A stretch of DNA of 64,000 bases from Squalus acanthias (GCA_030390025.1 CM059432.1:93250001-93314000); one strand, 5' to 3'; shown: positions 24,605 through 38,104, counted from the first letter of the stretch. The notes: a model not told the origin generated them from the letters alone. Made by a program: numbers and translations.

Positions 24605-24835
24605 AGAAACAACTTGCTTATCATGTCCTTAGAACATCGCAAAGCGTTTCAGAATTAATGAATTACTTTTGAAATGCAGTCACTGCTGTTATCTAGACAA
24701 ACACAGAAACTAAATATACACAGCAAGGTTCCACAAATAGCTAATGAGATGAAAGACTAGTTAATCTGTTTATGGTTAGAGGTTTTGCTTGAGGGAGGAA
24801 TATTGGCCAGCGCACTGGGAGAACTCCCTCCTCTT
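24605..24835 (-). mobile_element. Deu-SINE 3' fragment, degraded
   Basis: aattaatgaattacttttgaaatgcagtcactgctgtt..cacagcaaggttccacaaatagc matches the 18684 copy. Confidence 0.7.
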
Positions 24836-25585
24836 GTAACATGTTCTCGATCCCAGTTGTGCCGTCAGCGGGAGATACCAAGTGAAGGCAGGGTACCAAG
24901 TTACAAATCAATGGATAGGTCATCCTGGACTGTTCTTGCATACTCCCCAGAGACTGGCTCAAGAGTGACAGAGGCCTGAAGGAGGCTGCCTACCTAGCCA
25001 GGGAGTGGTGCAAACAAGGGGAAGGGGAGAATAATCAACAAATAAATCAGTTCTTTTCATGTTGTTCCACAGGCATTCCAGACTTGACATGCTTCGTTTA
25101 TACTAAAGACATGTTGTTAACAGTCAGCATTTTCTAAGAAAGAGGTGGAGCAGTTGGCTGCGTGACAGTGCAAGTGACAAGGCTCCAATTGAATGTTTTG
25201 AGGTTGGTGACAAACTGAGCGAGTGCTTACAGCTATCACTGGCATATGTTCTGTTCTACCAGCACTATTTTAACACTGTTGACTCCTCTGATGGCCCAGT
25301 GATTAAATGCACAGTGTGGTACTGAGCCATACAGATCAGGAAGTTCCCTGTGTTTTTCTGGATGTCAGATCTCTGGGGTGTGTAGATGCCTGGTGAGCAC
25401 AGCATGGGCTTTCTTCTGATACCTTCTCACAGTCAAACTGCCAGCCAGTACTCTGTCTAGGTTCACGTGTGAAAAATAGGCATTTGTACAAGTTCCAGAG
25501 GACTACCATTGTCAATGAATTATACCCTTTCGACCGTCAGCAACTTCAGGTGTGGAGGGGTGAAAACTAGAGGAAAAAAACTTAC

Positions 25586-25639
25586 ATTTTCTTATTATTG
25601 ATGCATTATCCACAAACAATGGCATAATCTTCACTTGAG
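25586..25639 (-). other. Candidate 54-nt exon
   Basis: tgtatttggcag acceptor and AAT|gtaagt donor; only phase 1 is open (AQVKIMPLFVDNASIIRK). Confidence 0.3.
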
Positions 25640-25893
25640 CTGCCAAATACAGTGAGGAACTCTCAAGAGAAGATATGCACGTACAACGGGAATGCAGCTA
25701 ATTCACAGGCTAAGGTTGCCACTCATCTGATTTTGAACTGGGCAGTCTGGCTTTTGAGTGACTACCTGGAAATTTCTGAAATCTAAATCAGACACTATGA
25801 TAAGAACATAAGAAATAGAAGCTGGAGTAGGCCATTTGGCCCTTCGAGCCTGCTCCGCCATTCAACAAGATCATGGCTGATCTTCTACCTCAA

Positions 25894-28323
25894 AGTGTTT
25901 AAGGGATGGTTATCTGGATCAATATGTCGAGGAACCAACTCGGGAACAGGCTATATTGGACTGGGTACTGTGCAATGAGAAGGGACTAATTAGTAATCTT
26001 GTTGTACGGGGACCCTTGGGTCAGAGCGATCATAACATGATCGATTTCTCACTCGAAATGGAGAGCGAAGAAATTGACTCAGATACTAAGGTCCTGAATT
26101 TAAACAAGGGGAATTATGATGCCATTAGACGGGAACTGAGTAGGTCTGATTGGACAACGTTCCTGGGAGGACTGGAGGTAGATAAACAATGGCAAGCATT
26201 TAAAGATAGAATGACAAAATTGCAAAAATTGTTTATACCAATCTGGCATAAAAGGAAATCTAAAAAGGTGACTCAACCGTGGATAACAGGGGAAATTAGA
26301 GACAGCATAAAATCCAAAGATAGGGCGTATAAAATAGCCAAAAAAAGCGCCAGAGCGGAAGATTGGGAACAGTTTAAGATAGAGCAAAGGAGGACAAAGG
26401 GCTTAATCAAGAGGGGCAAAATAGCTTACGAAAGCAAGCTGGCGGAAAATATAAAAACTAACTCCAAAAGCTTTTATAAGTATATCAAGAGGAAAAGACT
26501 GGTGAAAACCAAAGTTGGCCCATTGCAGTCAGATACGGGGGAATATATAACGGGAAATAAGGAAATGGCAGACCAACTAAATGCATACTTTGGGTCAGTC
26601 TTTACGAAGGAAGACACAAAAAACCTCCCTGGGATATCGGGAAAAATAGGGACATTTGCAAAGGAGGAACTGACGCAAGTCAATATCTCTAAGGATATGG
26701 TGTTAAGGAAGCTAAAGGGATTGAAGGCGGACAAATCCCCAGGGCCTGATAACATGCATCCTAGGGTGCTGAAGGAGGTGGCCCTAGAGATAGCGGATGC
26801 ACTAAGTATGATTTTTCAGAATTCATTAGACTCGGGAACAGTGCCCATGGATTGGAGGGTAGCTAACGTTACCCCACTATTCAAAAAGGGGGGTAGGGAA
26901 AAAGCAGGTAATTACAGACCTGTAAGCCTTACATCAGTTGTGGGCAAAATGCTGGAGTCCATCATTAAGGATGAAATAGCGGAGCACTTAGCAAATGGGG
27001 ACAGGATAGGACAGAGTCAACATGGATTTACAAAGGGTAAATCGTGCTTGACTAATCTATTGGAATTTTTTGAGGGAGTAACTGGTAAAATAGATGGGGG
27101 AGAGCCAGTAGATGTGGTGTACCTGGACTTCCAAAAGGCCTTCGATAAGGTCCCACATAAAAGATTAGCAGGGAAAATTGAAGCTCATGGGATAAAGGGG
27201 AAAGTATTGACGTGGATAGAGAACTGGCTGTCAGATAGAAAACAGAGAGTTGGAATAAACGACTCATTTTCTGAATGGCAGGCAGTAACAAGTGGGGTAC
27301 CACAGGGATCTGTCCTGGGTCCCCAGCTGTTCACAATTTACATTAATGACCTGGATCAGGGAGTCGGATGCAGCATTTCCAAATTTGCAGACGACACTAA
27401 ACTAGGAGGGGGGGTGGGCTCAGAGGAGGAGACCAGGAAGCTCCAGAGCGATTTGGACAGACTGGGTGATTGGGCGGATAAATGGCAGATGCACTATAAT
27501 GTGGACAAGTGCGAAGTTATCCACCTTGGGTGCAGGAACGGGAGGGCAAATTATTATTTAAATGGCAATAAATTGGGAGAGGGGGAAGTACAGAGAGACC
27601 TGGGTGTTCTTGTACACCAGTCACTGAAGGCGAGCATGCAGGTGCAACAGGCGATCAAGAAGGCAAACGGTATGCTGGCCTTCATAGCAAAAGGGTTGGA
27701 ATACAGGAACAGGGATACCTTGCTGCAGCTGTACAGGGCACTGGTGAGACCACACCTCGAGTACTGTGTACAGTTTTGGTCGCCTCATCTGAGGAAAGAT
27801 GTTCTTGCCATGGAGGGGGTGCAGCGGCGATTCACCAGGCTGATACCAGGAATGGTGGGATTGACCTATGAGGAGAGACTATGTAGTTTAGGGATGTACA
27901 CACTGGAGTTTAGAAGATTGAGAGGGGACCTCATAGAAGTGTATAAAATTCTGACAGGTCTAGACAGACTAGATGCAGAAGGAATGTTTCCCTTGGCGGG
28001 TGAGAACAGAACTAGAGGACATAATTTAAGGATAAGGGCTAAACCATTTAGGACAGAAATGAGGGGGAATTTCTTCACTCAGAGGGTGGTGAACCTGTGG
28101 AACTCATTGCCACAGAGGGCAGTGTACGCCAGCTCATTAAATATATTTAAGAGGGAATTAGATATATTTCTACAGGCAAAAGGGGTTAAGGGTTACGGAG
28201 AGAAGGCGGGGACGGGATACTGAATTGGAGGATCAGCCATGATCTCATTAAATGGCGGAGCAGGCTCGAAGGGCCGGATGGCCTACTCCTGCTCCTATCT
28301 TCTATGTATCTATGTATCTATGT
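25894..28323 (+). mobile_element. Young 5'-truncated CR1 LINE
   Basis: Uninterrupted ORF2 and a complete 3' UTR ending in (ctatgtat)n. Confidence 0.96.
25956..28223 (+). CDS. CR1 ORF2 (C-terminal end of endonuclease + complete reverse transcriptase), 755 aa, no native start
   Basis: LGQSDH, KSPGPD, NYRPVSLTS, QHGF, YLDFQKAFDKVPH, GVPQGSVLGP, FADDTK and RPHLEYCVQFWSP. Confidence 0.95.
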   Translation: MDWVLCNEKGLISNLVVRGPLGQSDHNMIDFSLEMESEEIDSDTKVLNLNKGNYDAIRRELSRSDWTTFLGGLEVDKQWQAFKDRMTKLQKLFIPIWHKRKSKKVTQPWITGEIRDSIKSKDRAYKIAKKSARAEDWEQFKIEQRRTKGLIKRGKIAYESKLAENIKTNSKSFYKYIKRKRLVKTKVGPLQSDTGEYITGNKEMADQLNAYFGSVFTKEDTKNLPGISGKIGTFAKEELTQVNISKDMVLRKLKGLKADKSPGPDNMHPRVLKEVALEIADALSMIFQNSLDSGTVPMDWRVANVTPLFKKGGREKAGNYRPVSLTSVVGKMLESIIKDEIAEHLANGDRIGQSQHGFTKGKSCLTNLLEFFEGVTGKIDGGEPVDVVYLDFQKAFDKVPHKRLAGKIEAHGIKGKVLTWIENWLSDRKQRVGINDSFSEWQAVTSGVPQGSVLGPQLFTIYINDLDQGVGCSISKFADDTKLGGGVGSEEETRKLQSDLDRLGDWADKWQMHYNVDKCEVIHLGCRNGRANYYLNGNKLGEGEVQRDLGVLVHQSLKASMQVQQAIKKANGMLAFIAKGLEYRNRDTLLQLYRALVRPHLEYCVQFWSPHLRKDVLAMEGVQRRFTRLIPGMVGLTYEERLCSLGMYTLEFRRLRGDLIEVYKILTGLDRLDAEGMFPLAGENRTRGHNLRIRAKPFRTEMRGNFFTQRVVNLWNSLPQRAVYASSLNIFKRELDIFLQAKGVKGYGEKAGTGY

Positions 28324-30534
28324 AACTCCACCTTCCTGCACGAGAAACAAAGAAAAATAGGAGCAGGAGTTGGCCATTCGGCCCTTCGAGCCTGCTCCGC
28401 CATTCAATATGATCATGACTGATCCTCTATCTCAATACCATATTCCCGCTCTCTCCCCATACCCCTTGATGCCTTTTATGCCACTATCTACATACCCCTT
28501 AATTCCCTTGGTTCCTAAAAATTTAATCGGCCTCTGTCTTGAATATACTCAACGCCTGAGCATCCACAGCTCTCTGGGGTAGAGACTTCTAAAGATTCAC
28601 AACCCTTTGAGTGAAGAAATTTCTCCTCATCTCAGTCCTAAATGGTCTACCCCTTATTCTGAGACTGTGACCCCATGTTCTAGATTCCCCAGCCAGGGGA
28701 AACATTTTCTCAGCATTAACCCTGTCAAGCCCCTTAGGAATTTTATATGTTTCAATCAGATCACCTCTCATTCTTCTAAACTCTAGGGAATATAGGCCTA
28801 GTTTACTCAATCTCTCCTCATAGGGCAAACCCCTCATTCCAGGAACCAGTCTAGTAAGCCTTTGTTGCACTCCCTCTAAGGCAAGTATATCTTTCCTTAG
28901 GTAAGGAGACCAGAACTGTACACAGTACTCCAGGTGTGGCCTCACCAATGCCCTGTATAATTGTAGTAAGACTTCTTTATTCTTGTACTCTAATCCCTTT
29001 GTAACAGAAGCTAACACACCATTTGCTTTCCTAATTGCTTGCTGTACCTGCATTTTAACTTTCTGTGATTCATGTACAAGGACACCCAGGTCCCTCTGAA
29101 TGCAAACATTTCCCAGTCTCTCACCATTCAAAAAAATATTCTGCTTTTTTGTTTTTCCTACCAAAGTGGATAACTTCACACTTCCCCACATTGTATTCCA
29201 TTTGCCATGTTCTTGCCCACTCAGTCAACCTGTCTATATCTCTCTGCAGCCTCTTTGCGTCCTCCTCACAGATTACTTTCCCACCTAACTTTGTATCATC
29301 AGCAAACTTGGATACGTTACACTCAGTCCCTTCATCTAAGCTATTAATATAGATTGTAAATAGCTGAGGCCCAAGCACTGATCCTTGCAGTACCCCGCTA
29401 GTTACAGCCTGCCAACCCGAAAAAGTCCCATTTATTCCTACTCTCTGTTTTCTGTCCATTAACCAATCCTCAATCCATGCTAATATATTACCCCCAATCC
29501 CATGAGTCCAAATTTTGTGTAATAACCTCTTGTGTGGCACCTTATCAAATGCTTTTTGAAAATCCAAATACACTACATCCACTGGTTCCCCCTTATCCAT
29601 CCTACTAGTTACATCTTCAAAAACTCTAACAGATTTGTCAAACATGATTTCCCTTTCATAAAACCATGTTGATTCTGTCTAATCATATTATGATTTTCTA
29701 AGTGCCCTGTTACCACATCCCTAATAATAGATTCTAGCATTTTGTCTACTACTGATGTCAGGCTAACTGGCCTATAGTTCCCCAATTTTTCTCTTCCTCC
29801 TTTCTTAAATAGCGGGGTTATGTTTGCTACCTTCCAATCCTTGTTAATGCACAAGGCCCATTTTCAACTCGCTACCACCCTAATTTTAGGTATAAATGGG
29901 GCGGTAGCAGGACAAAAATTAATTTTTAAAAATCGCTGACTTATTGCTGGAGATCAGCCCGTTCCCTTTTTTGGGTAGACCTCAATTTGAGCGGCCTGCA
30001 CTCCCGATGGAAACAGGCAGGGCCTCATTATTATATTTAAATAAGGGTCAAATGGCACAGTTGAGACCCCAATGCAATTTTGGTGGCAATCAGCATTACC
30101 ACTGCTGCTTCAACTCGCTCACTACCCAGGGGCAGTACATGTTGGGAGATGGCCATTTGCAAAGCTACTTAAAGGTATCATTGCTGCAGTCGGTTAAAGA
30201 TGTAATATTTTCTTCATTCTTTCTGGTACTTTTACACCTTAAGCTTTAACTCCTTGCTACTGGGTGTGCTCTTTACATTTCCTGCTGCTTAAATCTACTG
30301 TTCTGTTTACCTAGCCGATCTTTTTAGCCCTCTCCTTTAAGGTGGTGCTGCAGGCTCAAATCAGTCTATGGCCCACCAGATTTTACATCCTCCCAAAGGA
30401 TAAGCTGCCTATAAGCAGCACGATTAGTGCTGGCAACTTGCCAGTTTTATTTAAACAAAGCCCAACCAGGAAACTTGATCAGGCCTCCCAACCACCACCT
30501 GCCCAATGTACTCCAGATATTAAAATTAACTCCA

Positions 30535-30995
30535 TAGTGTCAGCCTTGGCTCAGTGGTAGCACACTCACTTTCGAGTCAGAAGGTTATGGCTTCAAGCCT
30601 CACTCTGAGACTTGAGCACATAACCTAGGTTGTCACTTCAGTGCAGTACTGAGGGAGTGCTGCACTGTCTGAGGTGCTGGCCTTTGGATCAGCTGTTAAG
30701 CTGAGCCCTGTCAGTTCTCTCAGGTGGAAGTAAAAGATCTCATGGTACTATTCAAAGAAGAGCAGGTGAGTTTTCCTGATGTCCTGGCCAATATTTATCC
30801 CTCAACCAACACCTCCAACAACAGATTAACTCATAATTTATTTTCTTGCAGTTTGCGGGACCTTGCTGTGTATAAATTGGCTGCTATATTTGCCTACATT
30901 ACAACAGTGACTGCATCCAAAAGTTCATCATTGGCTGTGAACTGCTTTGGGACATCCTGAGGTTGTGAAAGGTGCTGTGTAAATGTAAGTTCTCA
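30535..30995 (+). mobile_element. Deu-domain SINE, full length
   Basis: tggctcagtggtag box A, cagtgcagtactgagggagtgctgcactgtc core and an L2-like tail. Confidence 0.87.
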
Positions 30996-31348
30996 ATTTT
31001 TTTCTATTAATTATTAAAATTTTAACAAATTTAATTATCAACAAAGCAAATCACACAACTCAAGCCATGATCCTACCCCAAGCCTGACACAATCTTTCAG
31101 GTTTTTCACTTGGCAAAAAATGGCAATCTCCACCAGGCCTTACTTTGCCTCTTGTATCTGTTAATTCAAAGCTTACAAAAACTAGATTTTGTGGAATAAA
31201 ACAACGACAGCAGAATAGCAAGAGATGGGTTGCACTTGCAATCCTCTCACTGGGGGCTGGAAGGTGGACTACTGCAGCAAAGCTAAGTAGAGACCTGATA
31301 AAAGCTCACATGAGTCCCCGCACAAAGACTGCTGTGTGGAGACAGATT

Positions 31349-32085
31349 TGTCCTGAATTTGCGGTCGGAGGTTTCCCGCGGGCGGATGCCTCCGACCAGC
31401 AAAAAATCTACGAACTTACCTGATGGTCCCAGAGGTTCGGACACTCGCGCTCCTGGGCCTGCGTGTGTAGGCCTGCGTAGAGGCCCACGTATTCCAGGGG
31501 CGCATGCAGTTCGCAAGCGTCCCTGGAATCATGTGGGTCGGCCCAACCAATGAAAGCAAGGGATCTTCATTTATACTTATGAGGATTCCGTATGTACGGA
31601 AACCCCATAAGCATGAATGGTAATACCCCAAAAATACACGTACACTTCAAACAAATAAAAAAAAAATCACATATTTAAAATTAATCAAAATGGCATTTAA
31701 TTAAAAACATGTTTTAACATATTTTAAGGGGGCTAAAAATAAACTTACCTTATTTCACAGGTTTTTAAATGTATAAATAATTGAAACAAAATTATTTTTA
31801 TGTTCTTTAGAAGTCTTACGCTGGTAAAAGCTGGCCTTACGCCTGCTTTTACCAGGCATAAGAATTTCACAGACATTCGCTGGGCAGAAGTTGGGCAAAT
31901 AGCCCAACTCTCCATCAGCGGATACCCTTTTCCCGGGGATGCGTGCGATTTGTCATGAAGATTGACGGATCGCAAGTTCCAGGTTTTAGCGCATGTGCTT
32001 CGCATGTGGAAACCTGGAACTTGCACGGCCCCTACAGGCGCATACATACCTCGTACGCGACTGTAGGGGTCGCAAATTACGGCCC
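31349..32085. mobile_element. Harbinger-type MITE
   Basis: Ends tgtcctgaatttgcg / cgcaaattacggccc with ATT on both sides; homologous to 17539-18188 in the opposite orientation. Confidence 0.85.
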
Positions 32086-32169
32086 ATTGTTCACGAACCA
32101 TTTAAAGAAGGCAAAAATGTTAAATGAAGATCAACAAATCTCTGTAAAATATTTTCAAATTTTAGTTTG

Positions 32170-34937
32170 ATTTTTTTTTCTTCGTTTATGGGATGTGGGC
32201 GTCGCTGGCAAGGCCAGCATTTATTGCCCATCCCTAATTGTCCTTGAGAAGGTGGTGGTGAGCCGCCTTCTTGAACCGCTGCAGTCCGTGTGGTGAAGGT
32301 ACTCCCACAGTGCTGTTAGGGAGGGAGTTCCAGATTTTGACGCAGTGACGATGAAGGATCAAACTTAAGACGTAGGAGCAGCAGTAGGTCATTCGGCCCC
32401 TCGAGCCTGCTCCGCTATTTAATGAGATCATGGCTGATCTGATCTTGGCCTCAACTCCACTTCCCTGCCCGCTCCCCATAACCCTTGACTCCCTTACCTT
32501 TGAAAAATCCGTCTATCTCCACCTTAAATATATTCAATGACCCAGCCTCCACAGCTCTCTGGGGAAGAGAATTCCAAAGATTCACGACCCTCTGAGAGAA
32601 GAAATTCCTCCTCATTTCCGATTTAAAAGGGTGCCCCCTTATTCTGAAATTATGCCCCCTAGTTCTAGATTCCCCCACGAGGGGAAACATCCTCTCTGTA
32701 TCTACCCTGTCAAGCCCCTTCAAAATCTTATGTGTTTCAATAAGATCCCCTCTCATTCTTCTAAACTCCAATGAGTATAGGCCCAAACTGCTCAACCTTT
32801 CTTCATAAGACAACCCCTTCATCTCCGGAATCAACCTCGTGAACCTTCTCTGAACTGCCTCCAATGCAAGTATATCCTTCCTTAAATAAGGAGACCAAAA
32901 CTGTACGCAGTACTCCATGTGTGGTCTCACCAACGCCCTGTACAGTTGTAACAGGACTTCCCTAGTTTTATACTCCATTCCCTTTGCAATAAAGGCCAAC
33001 ACTCCATTTGCCTTCCTAATTACTTTCTGTACCTGCATGCTAACTTTTTGTGATTCATGTACATGGACCCCCAGATCCCTCTGTACCTCAGCATTTTGTA
33101 ATCTCTCCCTATTTAAATAATAATTTCCTTTTTTATTTTTCCTACGAAAGTGGATAACCTCACATTTTCCCACATTAAACTCCATCTGCCAGATTTTTGC
33201 CCACTCACTTAGCCTATCTATATCCCTTTGGAGATTCTTTGCGTCCTCCACACAATTTGCTTTCCCACCTATCTTTGTATCATCAGCAAATTTGGCTACA
33301 TTACACTCAGTCCCTTCATCCAAGTCATTAATATAGATTGTAAATAGTTGAGGCCCCAGCACTGATCCCTGCGGCACCCCACTAGTTACAGTTTGCCAAC
33401 CTGAAAATGACCCATTTATCCCGACCCTCTGTTTTCTATTGGTTAGCCAATCCTCTATCTATGCTAATATATTACCCCCAACCCCGTGAGCTCTTATCTT
33501 GTGTAGTAACCTTTTATGTGGCACCTTATCGAATGCCTTCTGGAAATCCAAATACACGACATCTACTGGTTCCCCTTTATCCACCCTGCTCGTTACATCC
33601 TCAAAAGAATTCCTGCAAATTTGTCAAACATGATTTCCCTTTCATAAAACCATGCTGACTCTGCTTGACTATATTATGATTTTCTAAATGTCCTGCTATC
33701 ACTTCCTTAATGATGGACTCCAGCATTTTCCCAATGACAGATGTTAAGGCTAACTGGTCGATAGTTGCCTGCTTTCTGTCTCCCTCCTTTCTTAAATAGG
33801 GCCATTACATTTGCGGTTTTCCAGTCCGCTGGGACCTCTCCAGAATCCAGGGAATTTTGGTAGATTACAACCAATACATCCACTATCTCTGTAGCCACCT
33901 CTTTTAAGACTCTAGGATGCAGGCCATCGGGTCCAGGGGACTTGTCCACCTTTAGTCCCATTAGTTTGCCTAGTTCTTTCTCTCTAGTGATAGTGATTGT
34001 TTTAAGTCCCGTCCTCCCACCCCAATAGCCCCTTGATTATCCATTATTTGGATGCTTTTAGTGTCTTCTACCGTGAAGACCGATACAAAATATTTGTTCA
34101 AAGTCTCCGCCATTTCCCTGTTTCCCTTTATTAATTCCCCAGACTCATCCTCTAGGGGACCAATGTTTACTTTAGCTACTCTCTTCCTTTTTATATACCT
34201 GTAGAAGCTCTTACTGTCTGTTTTTATATTTCTTGCTAGCTTACTCTCATAAGCTATCTTCTCTCTCTATCAATTTTTTAGTCGTCCTTTGCTGGTTTTT
34301 AAAAATTTCCCAATCCTCTGGCCTTTCACTATTCTTGACAACATTGTATGCTTTTGTTTTCAATTTGATACCATCCTTTACTTCCTTAGTTAGCCACGGA
34401 TGGTTCATCCTTCTCTTGGAGTCTTTCTTTCTCACTGGAATATATCTTTGCTGAGAGTTATGAAATATCTCCTTACATGTTTGCCACTGCTTTTCTACAG
34501 TCTTACCCTGTAATATATTTTCCCAGTCCACTTTAACCAAGTCTGCCTTCATACCTTTGTAATTACCTTTGTTTAAGTTCAGGATACAAGGATCGGTGAT
34601 ATACTTCTAAGTCAGGATGGTGTGTGACTTGGAGGGGAACTTGGAGGTGGTGGTGTTTCCATGAGCTGCACTCATCCAGGCAAGTGTTCTATCACACTCC
34701 TGACTTGTGTCTTGTAGATGGTGGAAAGGCTTTGGGGAGTCAGGAGGTGAGACACTCGCCGCAGAATACCTAGCCTCTGACCTGCTCTTGTTGCCACAGC
34801 ATTTATGTGGCTGGTCCAGTTAAGTTTCTGGTCAATGGTGACCCCCAGGATGTTGATGGTGGGGGATTCGGCGATGGTAATGCCGTTGAATGTCAAGGGG
34901 CGGTGGTTAGACTCTCACTTGTTGGAGATAGTCATTT
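32170..34937 (-). mobile_element. LINE family B fragment (32170-32360 and 34588-34937) split by a CR1
   Basis: Same 3' end as the 9170 copy; ILGVTIDQKLNWTSHI..RLGILRR in ORF 34672-34896. Confidence 0.87.
32361..34587 (-). mobile_element. 5'-truncated CR1 LINE, frameshifted ORF2
   Basis: RT motifs in ORFs 32451-33377, 33707-33961 and 34247-34552; aaggatc is duplicated at 32354-32360 and 34588-34594. Confidence 0.94.
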
Positions 34938-36411
34938 CCAACCAGCAGCCTAGCTAAGATCAGTAACTCACCCTGTGAGGATTGCAGACACAAATATCCA
35001 TGCCAATATAGCATGGCATAGCACATTTGTATCGCAGTTTATTGAGCTTCTATCTCCTCAAGGGCAGATGAACATACGGACCTATGGGACCCACAGTAAA
35101 ACTCACCATAATGCAGAAAAAACTGTATACAACCACTGGATGAAAATATTCTAGCATTTAAAAATACTGTCAGAAGGGGGCGAGGCAGATTTGTTGCAAT
35201 ATATCTTGTGTTTGTGTTTTCATGGGGCCGGGGTGGGGGAGTGGGTTGTGCAAGGGCCACAGAGGGGCCACGAATGTTCTTGGGACCCAGGGTCCCAAGA
35301 ATTCTTAATCCGGCTCTACACATCCTCGCACCATTTTAATTGTGTCTGCATGGCCTGATTGCTCAGTCTGATATGCACTTTTTTTTTTAGAACAACAAGG
35401 AAAAGGCATGCATCAACAAGTGAATGACTGTATTCATGACACAAAATGACATAACAGTAATCCACCACTGACAATGTTTGCATCTATCTTTGTAAACCAC
35501 AATAAGTCTGACCCTTCATTTAATTGGCACATTAACATATAAACAAAATATACAGAAATAAACCTGAGCTCTAGTGAGCCTTCATGACAGGAATCCACAA
35601 AACAGGTTACAGCCTCAGCTAAGATGAAGGGTTTCACTACTTAGCAAATAAGCTTAACCTTGTTGTACTACATTTATTCCCATAACCAAATAGTCAAACA
35701 TCCACTCTGCAAACTGTGTGAAATTCCTGTTTCAGATGGTTTAACAGTTAGGGAAAGAAGATTGCAAATAAAGTTGGAACAAACTAACTTTATCCAATTG
35801 TGATAATTCCTTTGACTTCCAATTCCAAATTACATTTCACTATCTAGGGGTAGATATATAATCCCATGAGATGACCAATTTCTTAAAGGAACTAGGAATT
35901 TGTCAAGAGGAAGTCATATATACGTTGGTGAAAATACAACAACACAGGTTTGAAATTACAGAGGTGAAAGTTAACGTGAACAACAGTGTCAATATTGATC
36001 TAATACAGGAATTAAATGGTTGTTTACAGTGTGCAGGCACTTGCCCTTAATTTAGGCCTATCTTTCAGGCATGTCTCTGCTTAGCTCAATTTACAGCTAG
36101 CCTGAAAAAACATTCTTAAAACGGACTGTACTTTAAGGAAGTTAGCATGTGGCCGTTTGTAATCTGACAACACAAACTACTATTGTCCAAAATATTTCAT
36201 GCAGCTGCAAATGTGGTTAGGCTTGATGCCAGTAAGAGCTAAAATACCGCATTACTTAACAGCTTTTTTCACAATACATGGTTTTGCAGACTGAAGTCAT
36301 ATTATCCCTAAACAGTCAGCACAAGTCACAAGCTTCAGTTCATGATGCTTTTTCTTCCTGTTTCTCAACACTCCTCCTTGTGCACAAAATAAAGAGGAAC
36401 TCCACAGGTTT

Positions 36412-36483
36412 AGTCCGGTAGCTTAGTGGTAGTGCACTTGGCTTACACATAGGAGGCATCTAGGTTTAAACTACAGGCTTTGA
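36412..36483 (+). pseudogene. Degenerate tRNA-like sequence (Val-TAC-like) or isolated SINE head
   Basis: tagcttagtggtag box A, cttacac loop and degenerate box B ggtttaaact; stems are imperfect. Confidence 0.4.
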
Positions 36484-36509
36484 CTGATGCTATCATGTGT
36501 GTGTGTTTT

Positions 36510-36960
36510 AGATTTGTTCTTGGGACATGGGTGACACTGTTAAAGCACTATTTATCGATCACTAGTTGCACTGAGGACATTAGGAGTCAACCACATAGTA
36601 TGGGACTGGAGTCACATACAACGTTCCCTGTAAGCTGCGCTTTGTTTTGCGCGGCCTGTTTCTTTTAGTGCGCGATCCCTTTAAGTAAATGGTGAAGCCG
36701 GGGAGCAGCCTACGCAGGACTTTTCCCATTGCTGCGTGGCATTGGTCACATTTAGGCCAGAGCAGGTAGGGGTGGCAGATTCCCTTCCGTGAAGGACATT
36801 AGTGAACCAGTTGGGTCTTTATGGCAATATGGAATTTTCATGGTTTTCTGGTACTGGCTCACAAATGACCAGATTTGTATTGGATTCAGTTTCACAACTT
36901 GCTATGGTAGGATATGAACTCAACGGCCTTTGGGTTTCTAGTCCAGTGGCATAATTACTG
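36510..36960 (-). mobile_element. tRNA-headed SINE sharing head and body with the 22600-24328 LINE 5' end and tail with LINE family B
   Basis: gagtcaaccaca..tgggactggagtcacata..ccttcc..aaggacattagtgaaccagttggg is shared with 23225-23345. The 3' end resembles the family-B terminus. Confidence 0.75.
36619..36744. mobile_element. Small hAT-type insertion
   Basis: 8-bp TSD gtcacata/gtcacatt; ends caacgttccc...cattg. Confidence 0.7.
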
Positions 36961-37424
36961 GATGGGGAGTGGGGGGGGGGGGGGGGGAAAGAGAGGGAGA
37001 GATAGATATCCTGGCTTGAATGCCACAGGGGTAGTGCTGGGTAGTGGAGCCTCACCAACCTCAAAATGTGGGATATGGAGGAGCACTGAGGCAGGCATGA
37101 AGTCAATGGCCTGGGCAGATCTGCCCCAGCAATTAAGATGGACAGAGCAGAGGCAGGAAGGTCACAGAGGTGGACTTATAAATGGAAGAAAAGAAAACTC
37201 CATAATGCTAACACAGCAAATACCACTAAGATTTTAAGGGTTAATATGTTGACCAAACGTGTGAAGAAAACAAACAACAATGTCAAACAAATAACCTCAG
37301 CAAAAAACACTGTGCACGTGTTCAGCTATAAAACTAGTCCTAACCCTGAAAAGATAACTTCCACAGCAGCTCCTAACAAAGATACAGCATACTCTACTCG
37401 TGGATGTAGGTTTGAAAGAACGTT

Positions 37425-38104
37425 GGCCCTGAAATTCCTGTCGGCAGAGTAACTAAGGAGTACGCCGTCGGCCTCCAAAAGAAATCCGTACTTACCTGGT
37501 GCGAGGCCTTCTTTGAAAACTTGCATTGTTTCACTGCAGAGTTGAATGCAGCGTAGTGGCCCACGGATCCCAGGGCGCACTGTATGCGTAAGCGTACCTG
37601 AGATCACATGGCGCAGTGCTCCAATAATGAAACACAAATCTCCAATGCCCATTCGTGATTTTTTAGTTTCAATCACCCCGGTAAATTAATAAATAAATCA
37701 GTCTCTCACTCACCCCGGTAAATTAATAAATAAATCAGTCTCTCATTCTTGGTAGAGTTGTGTTGGGATCAGGAGATAGTTAGGTGGATATAGATATTTA
37801 TTTTGAAGATTTTTTATCATGACGGGTGTATATTTAAAGTTGCTGCATATCCCCCCTCCCCTTACGCAGTGCAAACAGGCTCCTGCGCCTGTTTGCACCA
37901 GCCGTAAAATTTTACTGCATAATTGCTGGGCAGTTGGTGGGCAATTAGTCCAATTCTGCGCCAGCAATAAGGATTTCACAGTCAGAGTGGATGATCTGTC
38001 AAGTCGGTACTTGACAGATCGCGAGTTCGAGATTTAGCGCATGTGCGAAATCCTGAACTTGCTGTCCATTTCAAAGGCGTCATACCGAATGCAAATTCTG
38101 CTCC
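37425..38104. mobile_element. Harbinger-type MITE, diverged, with internal 37-bp tandem duplication (37673-37745)
   Basis: Homologous to 31349-32085 (gcgcatgtgc..cctgaacttgc); left end ggccctgaaattcc; TSD not clear. Confidence 0.7.

Larger units (their letters stand above)
25800..29841 (-). mobile_element. 5'-truncated CR1 (host), interrupted by a + strand CR1 and a second short CR1 tail (~28343-28473)
   Basis: Tail at 25800-25893 resumes at 28324 (ctcaa|aactccaccttcc). RT motifs YLDFQKAFDKVPH, QGSVLGP and FADD lie in frameshifted minus ORFs at 28589-29854. Confidence 0.92.
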
